In this document: positions 24,301-36,897 of the stretch, in pieces
Numbering within the stretch: the first letter of the stretch is position 1
Layout of the letters: each line of letters opens with the position of its first letter
Source of the DNA: a virus
Taxonomy: Duplodnaviria; Caudoviricetes
DNA length: 64,000 nucleotides
IMG/VR virus record: IMGVR_UViG_3300037400_001273
Location: 1 to 64,000 of that record
Reading direction: 5' to 3' (one strand)
The notes under the pieces: model-generated
Databases searched by the model: none
What the model saw: only the letters and a program-made list of their open reading frames with translations
Told to the model about the DNA's origin: nothing
Made by a program: the position numbers and the translations under genes

Positions 24301-26600
24301 AATCTCCAACCATCAGTTGAATTACCCGCTGTTCCTCTATAATTATCTTTATCAATAGCCATTAACTTAGAACTATCTGGAATAGCTAATACTTTAGATT
24401 TATATTCTACAGTATCATTAGAATAAGTGTATTTTCCAACATAAAAATTACGCTCTTCTTCTGGATTCCAAGATAAATTAGTTCCAACAGGTTGCATATC
24501 TGCTTTCTTTAATACAAATTGATCTCCTGTAAATAAATTAGAATAAAAAGTCTAATCTAATTCAAATTCAGGACATAAAGCTGCATTTACTTTAACTTTA
24601 TTTTGTTCAACAGGTCTAATTCTACTATAAAAATCATTTGTAATATATCTATCTCTTGAGTCTATAAAAGATTCTGCAAGATAATAATTTACTGATTTAA
24701 GATTTGTAGCTAAGTTTTTATCGTTAGTAGATACACGTTTTGTAGTACCTGTATATGGATCAACTATTTCTTTACCTTCTCCAGCTAAAGTTTGGAAGAT
24801 ATTTAACTTAGATTCTTTAGGTTGATTATAAGCTACACCTGTTAATTGACTAACAAATAAAGAATTGTTATTTCCAATAGGAAACACAGGTAAATGACTA
24901 TGTTTATCAGTTGCGATTGATAAACATTGACATAAAGTAGTAGGTATTCTCTTTTGTCTTACAAAGAAGAAACCTTTAGTATATTTTTTAAGTTCATTAA
25001 GAACTTCGTCTTTTTGATTTTTATCAATTTCTATTTTAATACCATAAACTTTATGTGGATGTTCTTCATTTACAGGTAAATTAGCATCAAATGTTTTTAA
25101 AGTTATAACACCTTTAGCATTTTCTAATTTAACAGGATTTTTATTAGAAGAAATAATGGAGTAATTATCTTCTGAAATAGTTAAATAATTTCTAACTCCA
25201 TCTTTATAAAGAGGTTCATATGAAAAATTAGAATTTTCATCAATATTATAACCTCCTCTTATATTAAATACTGGAGATAAAGAATTATCAGGTAAAATAT
25301 AAACTATTCCAAGTCTATAAATTTCATCATTCCAATATCCTGTATAATTATAAATATATTCTGGATTATAATAACCTTCAGAACTACTATTTATGTTATA
25401 TTGTGAATCAATATCTAGATTATAATCAATAACTGAACGTTTTGGTAAAAATCTTAAAGATAAATCAGTAAGTTCTTTATATGGAATTTCTGGCTTTTTA
25501 ATATTACCTAAAAATAACATATTTTTACAAACTGCTTGAGTTTCAACAGAAGATACAAGTTGATATTGTGTATTAATTACATCTTCTGACGCATCTAAAT
25601 CTTTAATAAATCCAGATATTGTTATATTACAAGTGTTATTTTTATCTACTATATATTTATGTTCAATTTCATAACAAGTAGTTTGAGCTTCTTGATTAAA
25701 TCCAGAAGTTTCTTTACTGTAATAAACTTTTACATAATTATAAGCAGAGTCTATGTTAGATAAAGTAAATTTAACTAACTTCTTACTATTTTGATTTCCA
25801 AATCCACTTTCAATACTTTGAGGAGTATTACCTAAGAATACTGAAACTAAACCAGATTCTGCAATCCAATCTGTTTCATTTCCATCGGAGTCTACATATT
25901 TAAAGAAGAAATGGTAATTTCCAACTCCTAAATTACCTCCAGGATATACACCATCAAATTTAAGTTTTGGAATCTTAATAGTACGTTTATATAAAGAAGT
26001 ATCAATATCAAATTGATCTCCTTGATCGTATATATTTGTGTCGTTATCTCCTTTTCTATCAACTATTTGATAATGATTTTTCTCAGTAGGAGAGAAACGA
26101 GAATTTATTAATCTAGGTATATTCTTTCCATCATTAATTATAAGATTTACTGAATTATCATAAGATTCTTGAGTAATTATATCAACAGGATGTTTTAAAT
26201 CAAATTCTAATTCATCTGTTTCAAAATCTACTAATTGTCCTTTTTCATATAATTCAATATCTATATCATCAGTTGATTCTGATATTAAAGTAGTATGATT
26301 TTTATCTTCTGATAATTCACAATTATACCATTTCTGAGGATCTGTATTAGCAGTTCCATGTCTTATTCTATTATAATCAAATTCTGGTTTAAGATTAGTA
26401 TCACCACCAATAGTTATAGATAGAATTTCTTCTATTTCCTCAAGAGTATAATATTTATCATTATATTTAAATTTATTACATTTAGTAAGTCTATAATTTC
26501 TAAATGGATTATATTCCCATGCTAAGACTCCCTTAGTAGGTAAAGTCTTAGCTTGGAATTGAAAATTTAAAGGTTCGTTTAGTATCTATTTGTAACTCAT
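21351..26600 (-). CDS. Tail stabilization / muzzle-like protein (P22 gp10-like), 1749 aa
   Basis: Joined through TAGs 26586, 24552, 21720, 21528; motifs EIYRLGIVY, RGDCYI, YGSITKI, GSQWKES, IYGVD and C-terminal RDKYIRIRIRY as recalled for crAss tail proteins. Confidence 0.7.
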
Positions 26601-29600
26601 TAGCGTAATACATTTAATAATTTAGAGAATGAGAATTTACTAGATATACCTTGTATAGTATTTGTACTATAATGACCATTGTTATTAATTTCCCAACTTC
26701 TATTAGCAATTCGCTTATATTTATCAAGATCAATAACTAATGTTTTATCTTCATCTAATTTTAATACATCTACACAAGATGGCTGTAAATTATCGTTACC
26801 ATTTTCAGAAATTGTTCCATTATAAGTAATTAAACCAGATTTTTCATTATATGATATATTATTTAATATCTTATAAAAATCATCATAATTACTTAAACGA
26901 GCTACAGATAAATCTACATATTCAGAATTGTTTTTAATTCCGTATATGTGAGATTCATTTAATGCTTTAGTTTTAGGTAAAGTATATGATTGTCCTTTAC
27001 AATTTTTTACTAAAACATTTTTATCGAATAATTTTACAGATAAATTATCTTTAATAGTATCGTCAGCTTGTGTACTAAATGTAACAGAGTCATTAATTTC
27101 TAAATATTCAGAAAGTTTAGATTCTATTGAAAATTTAAGATTATTACTTGTTTTTAAATCATCTATAGAACCAACTATATTTAGTAATTGATTTCTATAA
27201 GTATCTCTGATTTTAAAATTTTTGATTCTAACTTCAGATTTAACTTCAAGTATACAATCGGAAGATTTATTTGATTCATCTTCTATTTCAAAATCATCTG
27301 GACAAATAAAATCTTCTTCTAAATCTTCTGTTACATATTTATATGTTTGCATTAAAAACATTCCAAATATATCTCCGAAAGATATTTTTGCTACAGTTGG
27401 TAATGCTTGAATATATTGTTCATAAGGAGAAATAATTGAAATATTATTAGTAAATAAATGTAATGAATCACCATTTTTATCAATAGCTTTCATCATTACA
27501 GTTACAATAGGAATATCACAATAATTATAATCGTCTCTATCAAATTTGATGTTTCCTTTATTGTCAATTAAATCTGATTTAGAAATTTTACGTCCACCAC
27601 TATCAGGTTCTATTTTATAACAAAAGTTAGCAAAATCCTGTCCGTCTTTTCCATATGGCTCATAAAGACCAACATTACTAGAATATAATAATCTTCCTTT
27701 TCCATCAGAAGTATATCTTGAAATATAATAATCTTCATCTTTTCTAGCCGTTGTAATATGTGCTCCTTGTGAACTTCCATACCAATAGAAATCAGCTCCT
27801 GTTAAACTATCAATGAAAGTCATAGCATTTCTGTTTCTATGATCAGCATCATTATCATTATGACTTGGATCATAATTACTATTTACAAAAGATGTAGGTA
27901 TAAAATTATCTTTTGTCTTAGCATATTCATTAAAATGTGCTTGAAATTGTGAGCCAGGATAGCATTGATTTCCGTTATGTCTATAATATTGATTTCCATT
28001 TGTTTGAAATAAATCTAAGTACCAATATTGACTATAAGATATATTTTCAGACATATTATCTTCAGGAGAACTATAATTACAATAATCAATACAACCTTCT
28101 CTTAAATATCCCATGTTTGTAATAAATGCAAAATCTCCAAATGCAAAATGTTTATAAATTGGATCAAAATTTAATCCATAATAACCAGCATCTTGTGATT
28201 CGTACATTAAAGGAATTAATCCGTATTGATATTGAATTGTTTGTTCTGTATAATCCCAACTTAATTTAAGTTCATTTTCTAATTTAAGAGATCTTAAAAC
28301 AGGATTAAATATTCCTTCTCCACTCTTTTTAGTAATTTTAGGACCTTCTGGATTATAATAACAATCAAATTCATTAAATAAAGGATAATTTGATTTAATA
28401 TTAGCTTTAGCTTTAATATTCATCCAAGTTGATGTTTTCTTTGATACTCCGAATTTATAAATTGGAGTAGGTTTATCAACTTTAACAATACACTTATTAG
28501 ATTCAAAATTAGTTTCATCATGTAATTCTGAATCACTATAAATTTTATTTACTTGTGTATTAATTTGTGGATCAGTTGTTATTGTTAAATCACTAGTTAA
28601 AATTCCATCAGGTAAATATAATTTATTGAAATCTTCTATGTCAGATATATAAGAATCATTAAAGAAATCAGAAGTGTATAAGAATCTATATCCAATTACT
28701 TCTTCTTCTGTAGATTTAATATCAGCAGTAGCTAAACCTGATTTCTTTGTAATTTTTACTATATAAAGATTATTTTCTTCAAATAATGAATCAAATTCAA
28801 GTTCTGTTGTAAAAGATCCAGCATAAGATACTTTACCCATATTTTTAATTTGAAATATATCTTTATCTGTTTCTTTTTGGAATGAGTCTAAACTCATAAA
28901 GTGTAAAGATACTTCAAATGTCTTACAAAATGGTTTAGGATAATCTTGAAATCCATAAGTAAGAATAAGAGAATTTTCTTGTTTAAAATATCTCCATTCA
29001 TCAAGAAATGTTTTACCACTTCCTATTTGTGCAAAATTTATATTTTGTGATAATTCAAATGTAGGTAATGCTCCAAATTCCATAGCTGGAATTAATTTAA
29101 AATTTTTAGCTTCATCTTTTGCATTATCATCAATAAGATCATTTGGAATTTTACCACAAAATATAGATTTAGTATTTACTCTATTTTGTAAATCAATTTT
29201 AATATCTGGATAACGTCCTTCTATATTTCCTCCAATAGTATCATATTCTGAATCATAAACTTCAAGAGAAAATTTATTAGAAGTTACTTCACCGTTTTTT
29301 AATTGAAAACCATTAGCTTCAAAGTTAATATATTTAGGATCTATTCCTTTTTGTGTTTCATTCCAATTATCACTTTTCCATTCTAAATTTAAAATAAGAT
29401 TATAGTTATCATCAATAGTATATGTTGATGAAAACATACTAATTGTTTCTAACTCAGCAATTAAATATAAATTACCACTAAGCTTACTATTAAAAATAGA
29501 ATATTTAGAAGCCGTTAAAGTATCTTCAATTGTATTATCTTTTGGAATATAATAATATTTATTCTTCTCAAATTTGTACCATTTTAAAGAAGAATCAAGA

Positions 29601-30166
29601 TATACTAAACGTCCAGATGAATCTTTAGTAGCAACGTGTAATCTTAAGAATTTAGGATTATCTCCAATCTTTTTACTATTATTTTTATAATCAGTAATAC
29701 GATCGGCATTTGCTTCTAAATCAGATGTTATTAAAAACTTATCACCTGGATTTAAAGTTAATTTTGTTAATTCGACTTTGGTTTTAAAACTAATGATATT
29801 ATCACCATTTTTAAAATCACTTTCGGTAATACTATGAATTTGGAATCCATCTTCTTTTAATTCTTCATAAGAAAAATTACGTTCTGGACTAGGAAAACAT
29901 CCTATTTGACACACATCTTTTAATGGATTGTAAGATACTATATAAATAATACCTCCAAAAGAAGTAGTTCCTAAAGGAATGTATCCTGCTGGTAAAGCTG
30001 CTGTTTCAACTTTACCATTTCCCATATCATTTTGAATCATATATTCGTTTCCATTATATGTAAGATATGTTCCATTTAAACAATTAGTAGTCATAGTATT
30101 AGGAACAGTTAATGGATGAAAATCCATCATTAATCCACCTTCGAATGTGTTTTGTGCCTAATTCAT
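26600..30166 (-). CDS. Large tail protein, 1188 aa, with tail-stabilization-like N-terminus
   Basis: Start MN*AQNTFEGGLMMD (TAG 30158); TAA overlaps next ATG. Confidence 0.65.
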
Positions 30167-30741
30167 TTTAGTACTTCATAATTATTATTTGTTATTAAAA
30201 TATCTTTAAATTTTGGAATTTCTCTTGTTTCTATTAATTCCGCATCACCTGTAATAAAATCTCTTTTGAAAAATGTCATCCCGAAATCAGAAATATACGG
30301 CACTCTAAATATATAAGGTGACGCAAATTCTAAAATCTTACATTCATCTTTTATCTTGTATAAAATAATATTTCCATATTTAAAATTCTTTCGAGGACGT
30401 CCTTTTGAGTTTTTCTATTCGAGATATTTTTCATACTAACGTTTAGATAAACCAAAGTAATAATATCCATCCCAAGGAATTCGTTTTCGTTTATAAAGAA
30501 CACGAATTCTTGTTGCCAATTTTCTACAATAATATCGAAAATGTCTGAAAGAATCGGGAGTTAATTTACCAACATACATCCAAAATGTCTTATCAGTAAT
30601 AATTGTATCTCCTCCATAACTATTTAATAAATATAGCTATCTCCAGCCGTATTCCATAATCTTTTTTATATCTTTTTCAGAAACTTCTGGAAATAGCTTA
30701 TTTATTTCTTTTATATAATCCGAGCTTCTAGTAATTGCCAT
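30163..30741 (-). CDS. IHF/HU-like basic protein, 192 aa (absent from ORF track)
   Basis: Open only with TAG read-through (30637, 30436, 30415); fills the gap exactly and ends in ATGA overlap. Helix pattern VSEKDIKKIMEYGWR*LY is HU-like. Confidence 0.6.
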
Positions 30742-30743
30742 AA

Positions 30744-31184
30744 TTAAAAATATTGTACACCATTATTAGTATTTTCAGTAATCTTATCTTTTATGTCCTT
30801 ATCAACATATATAGTTTTAGTACGGCAACGTCCTGTTCCGTACATTTCTAATACTAATTCGTTACCAGAAAAATGTGATGCAAAGAAATCAACATCTTGC
30901 CATTTACCAGCAGCTCTTAATTTTTTAAAAGCTTCTCCCGATGTTCTTTTAACATGAATTTCTGCACGTTTACGTCCGGTAGGTAATACAAATGTATTAT
31001 TATTTTCAACAATGTCATTGAGAACATATTTCATCCCAGCTCGGAAAATCTTTTTCACCATTAAATCACGATGAGGCTTTTTATTTAGCCTCTCGCAATC
31101 TTTACAAGTTAAATCCAATTTCGAATAATCGAAATTATAAAACATATCATCAACATTAAAACAATGACCTGTAGCGTAATTCAT
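30744..31184 (-). CDS. IHF/HU-like protein
   Basis: VKKIFRAGMKYVLNDIVENNNTFVLP...IHVKR resembles the IHF fold; position typical of crAss capsid modules. Confidence 0.55.
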   Translation of the reverse strand: MNYATGHCFNVDDMFYNFDYSKLDLTCKDCERLNKKPHRDLMVKKIFRAGMKYVLNDIVENNNTFVLPTGRKRAEIHVKRTSGEAFKKLRAAGKWQDVDFFASHFSGNELVLEMYGTGRCRTKTIYVDKDIKDKITENTNNGVQYF

Positions 31185-31876
31185 TTTATAGGTTTATAAC
31201 TCTTATTGTAAACCTTCCTATCTAAAGAAGATTTAGCATCAAGTATTTTGTTAGCTGTATTCTGATCTATCCATTCAGGATTCCTTGCTTGACTACAAAA
31301 ATTAATCCAATCTCTTTCTGCTTTTTCAGAAATTTTTAATATATTTTGATTGTTAGTTTGTAATCCTTTTTTATAAAGTGAATAATAAGCACAAAATGCT
31401 GCAATAGCATTTATTTCCTTATCATTTACTAAAGGTAATCCTTCTTCATCCTGTAATTCAGCATGATATTTTAAAGTAATTGGTCCATAATTTCTATCAA
31501 AACGTAATGTACGTCCAATCTCTTGGAATTTAGCAAGTCTTCCATGTTGATAATACATATTTTGGAACAATTTCTTTCCTTCTATATAGTTTTCAGTATG
31601 TGTTTTTCCAATATCTCCAGGCTCATGTATATTACTACTAAGCTAAGGATCTTCATAATCATAAGTTACAGATTCAATTAACTTACAATCACAAGGTAAA
31701 TCAACACATAAATTATCATCTAAATTAAGTCGTACTGTTTTTAATTCAGTATGATGATTTCCAATTTGTGGAAGTGCTACTAAAACAAGTTCCTCAAAAT
31801 CATCATCTTTAATATCAGCACCGTAAAGTAATTTAGCTTGATATTGAGCTGTTTTTACGTTTCTTAAATTACTCAT
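31181..31876 (-). CDS. Tail tubular / ring protein, 231 aa
   Basis: Two ORFs joined through TAG 31643; VDLPCD and LKYHA..DEEGLPLV..EINAIAAFC motifs. Confidence 0.65.
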
Positions 31877-32549
31877 ATGCTTGATCGTTTGGTTTTATAG
31901 GACTTGCGTATTGACGATAATACATTAGTTTCTTTTGAGTAAGTCTCTTTTTAATTTCATTATCTAAGAATGAAATATTATCACCGTTCTTCATACAACA
32001 AGCATATTTTTCTAACTATCTAATATCTTTAAATACTGCAACTATAGAAATAACTTTTATTAAAGGAGCGTTGAATATAAATCCATCATACATTCCATTT
32101 TCATTTGGAGTAACATCTATCCAAACAAAAGGCTTTTGTATATTTGCTCTTCTCTTATATTTATGTAATCGTTTATTATTTAAAGATGTATAATATACAA
32201 ATTCTGTTTCTTTATCAATAGTTCCAATATAATCTATTGCTAAATCATCAAAATCATTAACAATCTGAGGTACTTCAAAATGTGCAGTAGGAGTTCCATA
32301 TATATCCGTACAACGACATTTTTCGATATTTTTACAATCGACTTCAACACAATTTAAAGCAACTAATAAATCTTTATAAGGTATCATTCCTTTTAAAGCA
32401 AATTCTTTGATGATTTGTAAACGCTCGTCTACAATATCATCTTTTAATTGATCCATATTTAAAGATAAATTAGTGTGATAACCTTGAAGTCCACTATAAA
32501 TATCATTGCGTATAGCAGACGCTAATTTGTCTAAATGATTAAATTCCAT
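31869..32549 (-). CDS. Putative ring/adaptor protein, 226 aa
   Basis: TAG 32016 reads through to TAA overlapping the next start; ATG 32549 preferred to TTG 32555. Confidence 0.6.
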
Positions 32550-32553
32550 AAGC

Positions 32554-32586
32554 AAAAAAGGCGAAAGGCTTTGCGCCCTCCGCCTT
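32554..32586 (-). terminator. Intrinsic terminator
   Basis: AAGGCGGAGGGC-GCAA-AGCCTTTCGCCTT followed by T-run. Confidence 0.75.
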
Positions 32587-32601
32587 AGTTATTAGTTAAT
32601 A

Positions 32602-33741
32602 TTAAAGATTAGCAGATGCAAGTTCTGTATCGTCAGCAATCTTATCTGTACTTGGAGCAACAGGAGTACTAGTTCCAAGACCAGGAGCTACGTTACCAGT
32701 CCATCCAAGAGCTGTTAGACCAGCTTCAAATGCAGTTATTGTAGCTGAATCATTAGCAACCCAGAAGATGTGAGTTGTGATAGATGTGCCAGGCTGTCCT
32801 ACTACAGATTGTCCTGTAATACCACGATCAGTTTCAACCTTAATTGTATACTGATTATAAATAGTTCCCTTAATAGGATAGTTATCAGTATCAATTCTTA
32901 ACCAACGTCCGTTTTCAGCAGTTGGAAGACGATAATCTTTCTGTAGATGATTGAATGTTCCGAATCCTTCAATACCTTGAGCTACAACAATCTTAGGAGT
33001 AGCGATAGTTCCAGATTCTTTCTTTATACCACGTTCTGAGAAATAAGCAACATCAGCAGATGTAGTACCTGTACGTGGATCAATATTTGTAACTTCTTCA
33101 ACGTATACTGCGTTTTCGAACTTACCATCCTTATAAGTAGGATCTTCAACGTAAACTTCAAGGTCTACATTAGCAAACTTTTCAAATTCATTTACTGCTG
33201 TAATTTCAAGACCATTGAAAGTAGTAGTTGCTGTACCACTATTAGTAGAAGTTGAAGTTTTCTTAGCTATAGTTACAATAGCATCATCAACAAGCATTGA
33301 CTGAATCTTTCTTAAAGAAGAAATAAGACGATCAGCTACATCTTCAGCAGAATCACCGTACTTAGCGATAAATTCAAATGAGAATGGCTTGCCTTTTACT
33401 ACCCACTGATTAGCGAAAAGTGGATTGTTAGAACCTTGTAGTTTGATATAAAGTGAAAGACGACAAAGATTCTTTGCTCCAGTTGTTGTTGGAACAAGAG
33501 CAGTAAATGCTGAATCATTAATTGTAGCCTTTGAAAGAACTCCATTATATCCAATTGCTTTATAAACACCCTTTACTACCTCACCAGGGTCTCCGATTTT
33601 GAAATCGCGATATCTCTTTACTCTGAACATTTTAGGAGCTTGTGCTCCTGTACCAGCGCCTGTAGTAACTGCGCCATTCTTATCAAGAATAGCGAACTGA
33701 TCAGCACTGTTAATAATTACGTTTGTTGTAAAATTAAACAT
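32602..33741 (-). CDS. Abundant virion structural protein (auxiliary capsid-like), 379 aa
   Basis: ORF track; Thr/Gly-rich, TAG-free, followed by a terminator, near the capsid gene. Confidence 0.5.
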   Translation of the reverse strand: MFNFTTNVIINSADQFAILDKNGAVTTGAGTGAQAPKMFRVKRYRDFKIGDPGEVVKGVYKAIGYNGVLSKATINDSAFTALVPTTTGAKNLCRLSLYIKLQGSNNPLFANQWVVKGKPFSFEFIAKYGDSAEDVADRLISSLRKIQSMLVDDAIVTIAKKTSTSTNSGTATTTFNGLEITAVNEFEKFANVDLEVYVEDPTYKDGKFENAVYVEEVTNIDPRTGTTSADVAYFSERGIKKESGTIATPKIVVAQGIEGFGTFNHLQKDYRLPTAENGRWLRIDTDNYPIKGTIYNQYTIKVETDRGITGQSVVGQPGTSITTHIFWVANDSATITAFEAGLTALGWTGNVAPGLGTSTPVAPSTDKIADDTELASANL

Positions 33742-33767
33742 TTGTATTATTATTTAAAGGTTAATAA

Positions 33768-35090
33768 TTAAGCCTGTTGTGAAGCCTGTCTGCGAGCTTG
33801 CTGTGCTTGCTGTTGAGCAGGATCAACAATAGACTGAGAAAGTGGTACAGTGGTTTGTATACGAGGATCAGCATTATTAGCCATAACCAATGCAACCAAC
33901 TGATTAATAATCTCTTGACATACATAATCAGGGAACTCAATAATTTGTGAACGATCCTCTGTTAAGTCCATCTGATTTTTGGTTAATCTAATATGTTGTG
34001 GTGCTTTGATATAATCAATTGCAACACCTTTTAATTCAAATACATCGGATTGTCCATAACGTATTTCCATACGTACTTTTGAAGCATTTCCGTAACGAAC
34101 TCCAGCAGTTTTTTCAACTACACTTGTATTTACATTTTTAACACCTATTAGTTTTCCACCAATTTTAATTTGTTTAGGAAAATCTTTAGCATAATCATTT
34201 TTATTGATTGTTTTAATGTAACTACCAACAGAATAAGTACCTGGAACATTACTATTATATACAGCAGAATGAACATCGAATGTATCATATATTCTTGCTC
34301 TACTATATTTAGTTGCATCATTTACACTATCAACAGTTATAAAATTAAATGCACCGTTATCAAGTTGAACAACTTTACAAAGATTTCCAGCACCATTCTT
34401 TAAAACAAATCCTGTTTCCTCAGTTGGTTGTTGGAATGTGTGATTAGTGATTGACGCTTCAATATAATCAGCATATTGTTTTTCAAGTTCTGTAAATGAT
34501 TTTCTTAAATCCCAAGGGTCTGTTCCATAAGTTTCTCCTTCTTTATCATTTAAAGGATTAGTTGGGAGTTCAGTTTGTGTATTTATATTGTGAATATAAT
34601 AATAAGGCATACGTGGAGTAGGACGATTATAATAATCGTTCATAACAGTACTCCAAGAGTCAGCAGTAAGACGCTTTGCAGCATACTTAGCTACATCTGA
34701 TTCGTCATAACAACCTGTTTGCTGTTTTACTTTATAAATACAAATGCAGTTAAGTGTGTGCATATAGTCAGATGGAAGAATTACTTCTGCCATTGCTTCG
34801 AATGACTTATCTTGTTTGATAAGTTCCATAAGCTCTGTTAGTTTCTCACTGTGTTCATCAGTATTTTCATCAGTAAATACTTTCTTATTAACAGGAAGAA
34901 TTGCAGTTGATTTAAGAACTCTTAAATCATCAGTTGTTTGCTGAGTTGTATCATAGTTAGTATATCTTTTATTGATATACATATCTATTGCCTTATTAAT
35001 AAAATAATTGTAGTCGTCTAATAGCAAGCTAGGTGAACTAGTGTTATTTAATTCAACTAACATTGCCTCGAACATCTAGCGTGCAGTCAT
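33768..35090 (-). CDS. Ring/adaptor protein, 440 aa
   Basis: Start MTAR*MFEAMLVELN (TAG 35076); YFINKAI and YIKAPQ...EFPDYVCQEII motifs of crAss ring proteins. Confidence 0.65.
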
Positions 35091-35104
35091 TTATTTTATT
35101 ATTT

Positions 35105-35947
35105 TTATTTGTCAGACTTATTTTTCTTAGCTAAATCAGGATAAACCTCTGCGGTAATACGATCTAACCACTTCTTATTCTTTCCATCCTTTAACCAAGT
35201 GATAGAAGAATCGTCAGTTCCGCCTAAATTAACAGAACCATCGTATGTATAAATACCGTCTTTTACTTCAATAATCTTTTTATCTACAGCTTCATAGAAC
35301 ATGATTCTAAGTTCTGTATCATTACCACGATAAAGATCAATAATCTTCTGTGGATCTCTTTCTGCTGTTTCAAGAAGATAATTCTCAAGATCTGAGTGAT
35401 GAACGTGTTCCATGTGTTTTCCAAGTAATCTTGCGATTTGTACTTGATGTTCAAGTGAATCTTCAAGAATATAGTTGTAAGCAGTATTGACAAGTTTCTT
35501 TCTTGTAACTTTGTTCTTAGCTGCTACACCTGGCTTATAAACATAAAGTTCTGCTAAACCGTAATGTGGCATATGAGTTACATTATCTACATATCCGTCA
35601 ATCATTGAATGTCCTTGATCATCAGTAGCATATCTATCAGGTGCAATCAAGAAACTATTTTTAATAGCTTCCCATTCAGCTGCATCAACTTCTTTATCAA
35701 GGTCAAATATTTTACCATCTTGTACCAAGATTGGGTCATCGGCACTTAAAAAGACTTTACCAGAATTTCTTTCTGCATCAGTCATAATAAGATTACCACG
35801 GTCATCTACTTCTTTTACACAATTAGGATAACGTTTTGTTTTAGGATCCTTTACAGGATGTATCCAATATTTTTGTTCTGTTTTTCCATATACTGAACGA
35901 AGCATTATTTTTCTGCTTTCGTCATATTGATTCATTTCTTTAGGCAT
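35105..35947 (-). CDS. Conserved crAss capsid-module protein, 280 aa
   Basis: ORF track; immediately downstream of the capsid gene. Confidence 0.6.
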   Translation of the reverse strand: MPKEMNQYDESRKIMLRSVYGKTEQKYWIHPVKDPKTKRYPNCVKEVDDRGNLIMTDAERNSGKVFLSADDPILVQDGKIFDLDKEVDAAEWEAIKNSFLIAPDRYATDDQGHSMIDGYVDNVTHMPHYGLAELYVYKPGVAAKNKVTRKKLVNTAYNYILEDSLEHQVQIARLLGKHMEHVHHSDLENYLLETAERDPQKIIDLYRGNDTELRIMFYEAVDKKIIEVKDGIYTYDGSVNLGGTDDSSITWLKDGKNKKWLDRITAEVYPDLAKKNKSDK

Positions 35948-35966
35948 TTTTTCGTATTAACATTTT

Positions 35967-35995
35967 AAAAGTGAGAGAGCCTTTTGCTCTCTCAC
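35967..35995 (-). terminator. Intrinsic terminator after major capsid gene
   Basis: Perfect 10-bp stem GTGAGAGAGC/GCTCTCTCAC, then TTTT. Confidence 0.8.
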
Positions 35996-36021
35996 AATCT
36001 ATTCATATAAGTTTATCTAAA

Positions 36022-36897
36022 TTAAGCTTCTCTAATAATGAAACTCTTGTAAGGATTAAATACTGCTACACCACCGTAACTCATAACGGCAAGTTTAGAA
36101 CCAGCAACTGGAGAAGAGATCTTTCCAGAAGAAAGTCCATCAAGTCCTCCAAGTCCTTCAAGTGTTCCCTGTATGAACTCACCACCCTTGAATGTGAATA
36201 GTCCAAGTGCAGGAGCATTAGCTGTCTTATCAGCTGTAAGATCGATACATACACCGAATCCCTTTTCACCATATTCACGAGTTAATGTACGGTCAACACG
36301 GAAAGAAATCTTGTTTCCACCGAACTCGTAAGTATTGAATGTAGCGCCAACCTTTACATAATCGTTAGCAGCCTTAGAATATAGATATGTACCGTCTGTT
36401 TGGAATGCAGCAAGGTGAGCTGCAAGTACAACTTGCATTTGATTCCAAAGTGGTTCAGATACTACGAACATATAGTGATTTCCTGTAGGAGCATCAGCCT
36501 TATCGTTCATCTGACCAAGGATTAGACGTAGAACTTCAATAGTAAACTTAGTATAAGCATACTTAGAAGCATACTTCTCAATTTGTGGGATAATACCAGC
36601 ACCGATATAGATTGGACGACCTTGTGCGTCAACGATTGTAGGACGACCATTCTTATCAATATTAGAACGGTTAAATAAGTAACCAGAGTTCTTAGCGTAC
36701 ATATGATTCTCAAGAAGAACCTTCTTAGCTCTATCCATCTTATAGATAGTTTCAGAAAGCTTTCCGTTACCATCACCCTTAGAAATCTTTATGAAGTTTT
36801 CCTCGTGAGCAGCATAAAGAGAAGAGTAATCAATATCGTTACGGAAAGTTGTCATATAGTTACGCATACGAGCGATATTTGATTGATACTTTGTGAA
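36022..36897 (-). CDS. Major capsid protein exon 3
   Basis: FTKYQSNIARMRNY...YGGVAVFNPYKSFIIREA; begins right after the intron terminal G. Confidence 0.85.
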   Translation of the reverse strand, partial: FTKYQSNIARMRNYMTTFRNDIDYSSLYAAHEENFIKISKGDGNGKLSETIYKMDRAKKVLLENHMYAKNSGYLFNRSNIDKNGRPTIVDAQGRPIYIGAGIIPQIEKYASKYAYTKFTIEVLRLILGQMNDKADAPTGNHYMFVVSEPLWNQMQVVLAAHLAAFQTDGTYLYSKAANDYVKVGATFNTYEFGGNKISFRVDRTLTREYGEKGFGVCIDLTADKTANAPALGLFTFKGGEFIQGTLEGLGGLDGLSSGKISSPVAGSKLAVMSYGGVAVFNPYKSFIIREA

